The notes under the pieces: model-generated
Database searches by the model: none
Told to the model about the DNA's origin: nothing
The model's input: only the letters and a program-made list of their open reading frames with translations
In this document: piece after piece, positions 1-8,796 of the stretch
How positions within the stretch are numbered: the first letter of the stretch is position 1
Layout: each line of letters begins with the position of its first letter
Source: Macrostomum hystrix
Taxonomy: Eukaryota; Animalia; Platyhelminthes
Assembly: GCA_950097015.1 (NCBI GenBank)
Contig: CATNEN010000010.1
Span: forward strand, 1,116,001-1,180,000
Length of the DNA stretch: 64,000 nucleotides
Direction of reading: 5' to 3'
Program-made: the position numbers and the translations under genes

Positions 1-700
1 GCACAAGCGACGCTGGCGTCCGCGTGCTCGGTGGCGGCGGCGACCCGGCGGCATCGTTGTCGCCGCTGCGCCGGCCCAAGATTCGAGCCGCGGCGGCCGC
101 CTTGCCTCGGCCGGCCAGGGCGAAGATGACAACGCCGGCGCGGTTAATGAGCGGCAGGGTGCAGGTGACGCGAGTCGGCGGCGGCTTGGGCGAGTCGAGC
201 ACCGCGGCAATGCCGGGCCGCTGCTCGCTGAGGGCGATGTGGTCGGGGAACAGAGAGCAGGTGTGGCCGTCAGGGCCCAGGCCGAGCAACATGAGGTCGG
301 GACCGTCGTCCAGGATGCCAGCCGACCGCAGCTGATCCTCGTAATCTTTCGCGGCCGCCTCCGGCGTCAGGCTGGCGTCGACAATTAGAACTTTGGCGGC
401 GGAGGCGCCGACGCCACTGTCCGCCGACAGGAAGGTGCGGGCGAACTGTGCGTGGGTTCGCTCCGGATCGTCCATCCCAACCAGGCGCTCGTCGCAGTAG
501 AACAGGGTGACGCGGGTCCAGTCGATGACGGCGCTGGCGAGGCCACGCGTCAGGAAGTCGACCAGGCTGCCGCCGGACAGGCCAACGGAGCAACGACCGC
601 GCCGGTCCACACAGTCGCCGATGACGGAGGTGACGAGGTCGGCCAGGGCGGGCACGAGCTGCGCCTCGCTCGGGTAGACGAAAACACGCTTGTCGGGCTG
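1..700 (-). CDS. PGLS: 6-phosphogluconolactonase, large coding exon; 3' end runs off the window; no genomic ATG
   Basis: Hand translation of the minus strand from 700: QPDKRVFVYPSEAQLVPALADLV...VGLSGGSLVDF...VTLFYCDERLV...DLMLLGLGPDGHTCSLFPDH...VLDSPKPPPTRVTCTLPLIN. The GLSGGS, DER, LLGxGPDGHTCSLFP and DSPKPPPxRVT motifs are diagnostic. Acceptor ttccttccag lies at 701-710. This frame is missing from the ORF track because it lacks a start codon. Confidence 0.93.
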
Positions 701-712
701 CTGGAAGGAAGG

Positions 713-1130
713 CAAGCAGGAACAAGTACCTCAGTATTGGGCAGCAGGAACAAAGACATCAGTATTGGGCAGCAGGAACAAGTACCTCAGTATTGGGCAG
801 CAGGAACAAGTACCTCAGTATTGGGCAGCAGGAACAAAGACCTCAGTATTGGGCAGCAGGAACAAAGACCTCAGTATTGGGCAGCAGGAACAAGTACCTC
901 AGTATTGGGCAGCAGGAACAAAGACCTCAGTATTGGGCAGAAGGAACAAGTACCTCAGTATTGGGCAGCAGGAACAAAGACCTCAGTATTGGGCAGCAGG
1001 AACAAAGGCATCAGTGTTAGGCAGAAGGAACAAAGGCATCAGTATAGGGCAGCAGGAACAAAGACCTAAGTATTGTGCAGAAAGAGCAAAGAGCTCACTA
1101 TTGGGTAGAAGGAACAAGGGCCTCACTATC
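713..1130. repeat. 28-bp minisatellite (aacaagtacctcagtattgggcagcagg) directly upstream of the PGLS acceptor
   Basis: Tandem units are directly visible and degenerate toward 1130. They explain ORFs 452..1069, 690..1163 and 793..1020. Confidence 0.9.
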
Positions 1131-1215
1131 TGCAAGAACAAAGAACCACAAAAACAAAACTGAAAACGGTATGGCCTAAAACTAAACAGAGACAGTCTGC
1201 TGGTCTCATAATTGG

Positions 1216-1221
1216 TTTATT
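1216..1221 (-). terminator. Candidate AATAAA polyadenylation signal for ATPIF1
   Basis: TTTATT on the + strand, about 420 nt downstream of the ATPIF1 stop. Position only; no transcript evidence. Confidence 0.4.
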
Positions 1222-1639
1222 TTTTTGCGCAGCACATAATCTATTACTCACAGTAGTGAGTGGTAAGACATGCGACTAAATTTACCCGGATAACAATCAA
1301 CAGTGACTGGTGGGGCTGAAGAAACAAAAAATAGATCAGGCTCAGCAGACGGCCGCCAGCCTACAGTATAACTAAAGGTTGGGCGGGAAGCCTAGGAAGA
1401 GATGAACAATTTTACACGGCAAACTAAACTACAAAAAGAAATTTGAATTTAACAATAGTTAACAATTCGTTTTCTTCACTTAAAAAGTAACCAACCACAC
1501 AACTATGAGGGCTGAAAGATTAGAAGGAACTGACGTTGGGCGGTACCAGAAATGTTCGAGCTAAAGTTTAAGGCGAAATCGGGCGCACAGTGTCTGGCTC
1601 ATGAGTTCCTCTTAAAGTCTTCAGTAGTGAGCCCAAATC

Positions 1640-3680
1640 TCAGTCCTTCTTTTTCTCTCCTTCGTGCTCCTTGGCGCTCAGGTCGTTCATGCGAGCCTTG
1701 TGCCGCTGGATGGCCTCCAGGTGGCGCACGATCTCCTTCTCGTGATGGTCCACCTGCGGGTGGGGCACGGCTGCCCACAGTCAGCGGATTCGAACCCATG
1801 ACCACTCACTGAGACAATGCTAATTTAAAACTGATGAAAATAAATAGTAGATCTCAAACTGAGGACAATGAGGAGCTTGTCTCAAACTGAGGACAATGAG
1901 GAGCTGGTCTCAAACTGAGGACAATGAGGAGCAGATTTCAAACTGAGGACAATGAGGACCTGGTCTCAAACTGAGGACAATGAGGAGCAGATTTCAAACT
2001 GAGGACAATTTGGAGCTGGTCTCAAACTGAGGACAATTTGGAGCTGGTCTCAAACTGAGGACAATGAGGAGCTGGTCTCAAACTGAGGACGATGAGGAGC
2101 TGGTCTCAAACTGAGGACAATGAGGAGCAGATTTCAAACTGAGGACAATTTGGAGCTGGTCTCAAACGGAGGACAATTTGGAGCTGGTCTCAAACTGAGG
2201 ACAATGAGGAGCTGGTCTCAAACTGAGGACGATGAGGAGCAGATCTCAAACTGAGGACAATTTGGAGCTGGTCTCAAACGGAGGACAATTTGGAGCTGGT
2301 CTCAAACTGAGGACAATGAGGAGCTGGTCTCAAACTGAGGACGATGAGGAGCAGATCTCAAACTGAGGACAATTTGGAGCTGGTCTCAAACGGAGGACAA
2401 TGAGGAGCTGGTCTCAAACTGAGGACGATGAGGAGCTGGTCTCAAACTGAGGACAATTTGGAGCTGGTCTCAAACTGAGGACAATGAGGAGCTGGTCTCA
2501 AACTGAGGACAATTTGGAGCTGGTCTCAAACTGAGGACGATGAGGAGCAGATCTCAAACTGAGGACAATTTGGAGCTGGTCTCAAACGGAGGACAATTTG
2601 GAGCTGGTCTCAAACTGAGGACAATGAGGAGCTGGTCTCAAACTGAGGACGATGAGGAGCAGATCTCAAACTGAGGACAATTTGGAGCTGGTCTCAAACG
2701 GAGGACAATTTGGAGCTGGTCTCAAACTGAGGACAATGAGGAGCTGGTCTCAAACTGAGGACAATGAGGAGCAGATCTCAAACTGAGGACAGTGAGGAGC
2801 TGGTCTCAAACTGAGGACAATGAGGACCTGGTCTCAAACTGAGGACAATGAGGAGCTGGTCTCAAACTGAGGACAATGAGGAGCTGGTCTCAAACTGAGG
2901 ACAGTGAGGAGCTGGTCTCAAACTGAGGACAGTGAGGAGCTGGTCTCAAACTGAGGACAGTGAGGAGCTGGTCTCAAACTGAGGACAGTGAGGAGCTGGT
3001 CTCAAACTGAGGACAATGAGGAGCTGGTCTCAAACTGAGGACAATGAGGACCTGGTCTCAAACTGAGGACAATTTGGAGCTGGTCTCAAACTGAGGACAA
3101 TGAGGAGCTGGTCTCAAACTGAGGACAATGAGGAGCAGATTTCAAACTGAGGACAATTTGGAGCTGGTCTCAAACTGAGGACAATGAGGAGCAGATTTCA
3201 AACTGAGGACAATTTGGAGCTGGTCTCAAACTGAGGACAATGAGGAGCTGGTCTCAAACTGAGGACAATGAGGACCTGGTCTCAAACTGAGGACAATGAG
3301 GAGCTGGTCTCAAACTGAGGACAGTGAGGAGCTGGTCTCAAACTGAGGACAATGAGGAGCTGGTCTCAAACTGAGGACAATGAGGACCTGGTCTCAAACT
3401 GAGGAAAATAGTCTCAAACTCGCACCTCATCCTCAAGGTGCTCCTTGAGCTTGGACAGCTGCTCCTTCTGCAGCCGGCGGAAGTACTCCTCCTCCCTAGC
3501 GGCTTCCATCTTGCCGAAGGCTCCGCCGGCCTCGCGGATGCTGCCGCCGGAACCGCCACCTTTGCCGGAGCCGCGGCCCAACTCATCGCCGGACATGGCG
3601 CGCCTGGTGGCGGAGAAGATGGCAGCGGAGGGAGCTGCCGGGCGGAGCTGGAGCAGGCGAGCGAAGCGGCACAAGGACAT
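1640..3680 (-). CDS. ATPIF1: Mitochondrial ATP synthase inhibitory factor 1, 2 exons, 122 aa
   Basis: Exon 1 is 3680-3426 ([10 protein letters not shown]...[49 protein letters not shown], donor GTGCGA). Exon 2 is 1753-1640 ([25 protein letters not shown]...KKKD*, acceptor cccgcag). The junction is phase 0. It has the IATP signature [20 protein letters not shown] and a His-rich coiled coil. Confidence 0.95.
1852..3418. repeat. 28-bp minisatellite (tctcaaactgaggacaatgaggagctgg), about 55 copies, filling the ATPIF1 intron
   Basis: Directly visible, with recurring variants (caatttgg, gcagatttc, gacgatg). Confidence 0.95.
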
Positions 3681-3873
3681 GACCGGAGTAGTGTTGCACT
3701 GCAAACGTGGGCCGGTGGGAAATGCAAGTAGCATGGATTGAGAGGAAAGATGATATATAAAAATACAGGCTAAAATAGACATTAGACAGTGCACTTTCTG
3801 GCAAGCCGTTTAGACTGAAACAGCAAAACTGGTCTACTAAAAGTGATTCGCCAAACAATTTAAAACCTGCTTT

Positions 3874-3879
3874 TTTATT
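3874..3879 (-). terminator. Candidate AATAAA polyadenylation signal about 180 nt upstream of the ATPIF1 acceptor
   Basis: TTTATT on the + strand. It could terminate the upstream GFER transcript; position only. Confidence 0.25.
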
Positions 3880-4124
3880 TGCTCAGTAAATACCTAAAGC
3901 ACTTTGCTTTGGGCGCTTTAGCTTGACAATGAAACCGTGCTTGCCGAAATAAAAAAATCGTCTTATTTGTCAAAATACCGGCGTGTGTGCAATGTCAGCA
4001 CTGCGGCAAACCATATTTAATTCTCAGAATGGGCGATGACCTGCTGTAGCCAGGGTGCCACTTGGGACTTGGACCTGAGGACAAGATAAAGGCTGGATTT
4101 CGATTTGGAGGACGCAATCGAAGC

Positions 4125-4255
4125 GGGATCTATGGACCTGAGGCGGGATTTGAGGACTTTATGAACGCGGGATTTGAGGACATAATGAGGCGGGATTTTT
4201 AGGACCTTATGAACGCGGGATTTGAGGACATAATGAGGCGGGATTTGAGGACCTA
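4125..4255. repeat. Short tandem repeat (gcgggatttgaggac-containing units)
   Basis: A few imperfect copies are visible. Confidence 0.7.
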
Positions 4256-4744
4256 ATAAAGGCAGCATATGAGGACCAGATCGGCGCATCTGTACGTCAA
4301 ACTTTGTCTTACTAAAGAAACTATAAAAAGCAACAAAGCAAACAAGGTTAAATAACTAACCATATACGCTGATATACTTTGGTATCTGGAGCACACAGCT
4401 CAAGCGCAGTAAGCAAGTGCAGCTATCAATGGTCAGACGCTGGATAAAACTTACAGACATGAACGTCAGAATGAAAGCCAAGTGGATAGCCAGGCATTAT
4501 CTATAAGCAAGAACGATCTAACAGAAATGCCATAACAGAAGTGCATAAACATTCTAAGAAATACAAAAGTACATTCATTATCCAATGACGCTCAACAAAT
4601 TATTCACTAGACGGATTAAATTCCAAAAATTGTTTAAGTGATACTTGGGAGCACAATAGAACAGTAAAACGTGTCTGCGCTAACTTTCAGAGATGGGTAA
4701 TCAGAAAAACATTTAGGAAGGGGCTCAGAGAATGGGATAACTAG

Positions 4745-5440
4745 GAGCAGAAAAGGGAGAATGGAATAAGGGAATAAACTGGGAGAATGGAATAAGGGAA
4801 TGAGATAACTAGGAGAAAAAGTGGGGGAATGGAATTAGGGGATAAGATTACTGTGAGAAGAAGTGGGAGAATGGAATCAGGGAATGGGAGAATGGAATCA
4901 GGGAATAGGATAACTAGGAGAAGAAGTGGGAGAATGGAATCAGGGAGTAGGATAACTAGGAGAAGAAGTGGGAGAATGGAATCAGGGAGTAGGATAACTA
5001 GGAGAAGAAGTGGGAGAATGGAATCAGGGAATAGGATAGCTAGGAGAAGAAGTGGGGGAATGAAATCAGGGAGTAGGATAACTAGGAGAAGAACTGGGGG
5101 AATGAAATCAGGGAGTAGGATAACTAGGAGAAGAACTGGGGGAATGAAATCAGGGAGTAGGATAACTAGGAGAAGAACTGGGGGAATGAAATCAGGGAGT
5201 AGGATAACTAGGAGAAGAACTGGGGGAATGAAATCAGGGAGTAGGATAACTAGGAGAAGAACTGGGAGAATGGAATCAGGGAATAGGATAACTAGGAGAA
5301 GAACTGGGAGAATGGAATCAGGGAATAGGATAACTAGGAGAAGAAGTGGGAGAATGGAATCAGGGAATAGGATAACTAGGAGAAGAAGTGGGAGAATGGA
5401 ATCAGGGAATAGGATAGCTAGGACAAAAAATAGAGAATGG
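4745..5440. repeat. 42-bp purine-rich minisatellite between GFER and ATPIF1
   Basis: Unit ggagaagaagtgggagaatggaatcagggaataggataacta. Explains ORFs 4741..5652 and 4829..5473. Confidence 0.9.
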
Positions 5441-5563
5441 GATAAAAATGGGACAAAACGTAAGAGGAAATAAGAATAAGAAAAATGAGGAGAATGAAGC
5501 AAGGGGGATATCCAAACAATGGTATTGTGGAGGCACAGCCAGTTTCTGAACCCCAGTTGCGAG

Positions 5564-7232
5564 TCAATAGTCACAGGACCCATCTGACCATCCGTTGCGC
5601 CATCGGTCGAGCACCTGGTCGCAGTTGAACAGCGGCTTGCCCAGTCGATCATTAACCAGGTTGTGCTGCTCGCAAAGCCACCGGTTCAGGGCCCGGCCGT
5701 CCCGCACTGGAGGCGGAGACCTGCAATTGAAAATAAAAGGACCGTAAAATGAATTGCGTTCAATAACATTTGTCCAAAGAAATATAATTGTGCAGATATG
5801 GATACCTCATTGCCTTTCGACTCTTATACAAGCTAACACTTTAGGAAAGACGGGATAGGGGCCAGTCACTCCAGGAAAGACGGGATAGGGGCCAGTCACT
5901 CCAGGAAAGACGGGATAGGGGCCAGTCACTCCAGGAAAGACGGGATAGGGGCCAGTCACTCCAGGAAAGATGGGATAGGGGCCAGTCACTCTAGGAAAGA
6001 CAGGATAGGGGCCAGTCACTCCAGGAAAGACGGGATAGGGGCCAGTCACTCCAGGAAAGATGGGATAGGGGCCAGTCACTCCAGGAAAGACGGGATAGGG
6101 GCCAGTCACTCCAGGAAAGATGGGATAGGGGCCAGTCACTCTAGGAAAGACAGGATAGGGGCCAGTCACTCCAGGAAAGACGGGATAGGGGCCAGTCACT
6201 CCAGGAAAGACGGGATAGGGGCCAGTCACTCCAGGAAAGACAGGATAGGGGCCAGTTACTCCAGGAAAGACAGGATAGGGGCCAGTCACTCCAGGATAGG
6301 GGCCAGTCACTCCAGGAAAGACGGGATAGGGGCCAGTCACTCCAGGAAAGACAGGATAGGGGCCAGTCACACCAGGAGAGACAGGGTCAATTACACCCGT
6401 AAAGTTAAGATAAGAGGTTCCAAGGACCCAATGGCGAACGGGAGGGAGGTGGGTAAGTTACGCATGAAGGACAGGAGGGTCTATTACCACTGAAGAATAC
6501 CAGTAGCCTATGAAAACGTTTTATAATATACGAGTAAAAGAGACGGCAAAATAAAAATAAAAAGCACAGCGGCTCACTTGGCTATGTTGGCCTGAAAGTC
6601 CTCGCTGCAGTGCGGACAGGGAAACAGGCGGGAGAAGGCACGCAGCAGGGAGTCCATATCGGTCGCCTGCTGAGCGCTAGGCTGGTCCGGGTAATAAGCG
6701 GCTAAGGTGTGCAGCACGGACCAGGACTTGCGACCCAGTGACACCTGTGGGAGATGGGATTTGCTTCAATTAACATTTTTTATAGATGGATAGAGCTTAA
6801 ACCTAGTCCAGTTGGGCCAGATGAGCAGTCAGTAGCCAGATGAGCCAGATGAGCAGGCCAGATGAGCAGTCAGGGTGAGTGGGAGTGACAGATCACTGAC
6901 TAAGACACTACCTGAGGGTGAGTGGGAGTGACAGATCACTGACTAAGACACTGTAGGCGAGCAGAATCAGGAAAGGCCGCTGTCACCTGATCAAGCGGGC
7001 ACTGGGGAGCGATCCTTTTCTGACTGTCGCCCAGTGCCTGGCCGCTTTTCTGCAGCTTGCGCCGTCCAGTGAGGACATCGTTGATGTCGATGCAGGCGCG
7101 ACAGACGCCCTCCAGTAGGGGATTTCGACCCAGCGGTGCCAGCGGAGGCTGCAAAGTTTGACGATTGCCGGAATCCGAAATTTGATCGGCATCATCGGCA
7201 GATGCGTCGAATTCGTAGCGAGATCGGCGGGA
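5564..7232 (-). CDS. GFER: ERV1/ALR FAD-linked sulfhydryl oxidase, 3 coding exons, 189 codons, no genomic initiator ATG
   Basis: Exon 1 is 7232-6987 (SRRSRYEF...LEGVCRACIDIN...QCPLDQ). Exon 2 is 6744-6578 (VSLGRKSWSVLHTLAAYYPDQPS...FSRLFPCPHCSEDFQ). Exon 3 is 5720-5564 (PPPVRDGRALNRWLCEQHNLVNDRLGKPLFNCDQVLDRWRNGWSDGSCDY*). It has the CRAC shuttle motif, the CxxC active site and the HNxVN..LGKP.F.C and RW..GW motifs. All junctions are GT-AG with matching phases. Confidence 0.93.
5845..6375. repeat. 30-bp minisatellite in GFER intron 2
   Basis: Unit ccaggaaagacgggataggggccagtcact. Explains ORF 5807..6370. Confidence 0.9.
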
Positions 7233-7644
7233 CTGAATGATTTGTAATCAAATTTAATGTTGATCTGAATTTTTGTTGGTTTCCAGCTCTAATCAAAAGA
7301 ATGTTAGCAACATACAAAAATTATCAGACAATGAAATATGATTTGCTGCTAAAAGTGGCAGTTTCTCAACATTTAGTACTTATAAGTTTTTTCTGCCACA
7401 TGGTCTGTCAAATTATTGCCTACTGTTGTAGCTTGTTAAAGCTTGTTTTGTATTGTGTTTTTTCATTAAGTTTTTGCCTTTAAATGGCACTATTAAAACT
7501 ATATGACACATTTTTCAGAGGTAATTATAAAACTCAGATGATGACAAATATATATATACCAATATGGAATTCAAAATTAGTTACTAAAAGTACTAAGATA
7601 TAAAGTACAAAAAAATATATTTATCAGAATTTCCTGCTTTGCAT

Positions 7645-7795
7645 ATTGCTGGTACCAATTTAACAGCTGGGTGAACTGAAGCAATGCAGAGTTAAGTGTC
7701 TTGCTAAAGGACACAAATTGTTCCAGTGGAGTCGGGAATCGAACCCCCGACCTTCAAGTTGTGAGTCCGATGCTCTAACCACTACCACTAGGCTA
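7645..7795 (-). mobile_element. tRNA-derived SINE copy (tRNA-like head plus core)
   Basis: The minus strand reads tagcctagtggtagtggttagagc (A-box-like)...gggttcgattccc (B-box), then gtgtcctttagcaagacacttaac...cacccagctgt...tggtacc. This resembles the conserved central domains of metazoan SINE superfamilies; the family was not determined. Confidence 0.65.
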
Positions 7796-8796
7796 CAACC
7801 TCTCTAATAAACATAGCCTAATATAAAGCCATGCATCATCAGCAAAACATGTTTTGGCAATCCTTAAGTCCCATATCTTGCATTATGCAGTTAGGTATCA
7901 GTTGAAAAAACATTTAAATATTCTCAGCAGTTCAAAGTAACAAGTAGGGCCTAAAGCATCATAAAATGCAGGTCATTGATTTCTAAAATACTAATTTTTG
8001 ATTGTATTATAAAACACTAACACCTGACATATATATAAATAGTAAATAAATACAATAGTAAATAGTTTATATCAAAAGCATTTAATTGTAAGTTTAAAAG
8101 CTGTTAAAAACTGTATTTTTTATAGTCATCCCATAGCTAATCTCTTGTATAGTAATAATTTTCATAAAAGTCTCGAAAAATTATGCTAGGAAAAGAAAAC
8201 TATAAGTCTGAGTTTAAAGCTATATTTTTTAAATTTTATATTGCAAAATATCTATGATGTTTTATTATAATGTATGTTTAAAAGACTTGTCTTTCTGAGG
8301 ATAACTCAATGTAAAAGGAATATTTTGGCATATAAACATATCGCTACACTATAACTAAGTCTATCGCTTGTGCCTATGCACACTGGAATAGTCTATTTTA
8401 GAGGACAATACAAAGTTAATTTTTCCATGCTTATTAAGGTCAGTGACATGATGAATGCAAGGACACTAGAAGAAGAGAAGGAGAATCTCAACTGTCTCAA
8501 CAATCTCAACAAATCTCAAAATTTATGCACGCAACATAAATGAAAAAATCAAAATTTACTTTTTTAGCGATATAACAAAACAGAAGCTCAAAGGCCGAAA
8601 CAAATACTTTTATTCCGAAATGCATTGGCTATCTAGATGAAAAAACGTTTTAAAAGCATTTTATTGACCTTTGATAACTAAGTTGCGATTTTAAGACAAC
8701 TATGCTTCCATTTTCAACTTGTCACTGCCGGATCAATTTTTTGTTTATAGATTTTCTAGTTTATGTTATTATCTTTTTGCTCCACATGAAGCAACG

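Noticed and set aside
1252-1315. Possible ATG-bearing first exon of PGLS (acceptor at 1316, ATG at 1271, donor GTGAGT at 1251)
   Set aside because: It ends in phase 2, whereas the CAG acceptors at 700/697 need phase 0. It would fit only a weak internal GAG acceptor that removes conserved N-terminal residues. Not fully excluded.
1852-3418. CRISPR-like appearance of ~28-30-bp repeats here and at 5845 and 31040
   Set aside because: The units are head-to-tail with no unique spacers, there are no cas genes, and the context is eukaryotic and intronic.
6983-7195. ORF MMPIKFR... as the GFER start
   Set aside because: It is in a different frame from the CRAC/ERV sequence and stops at 6983.
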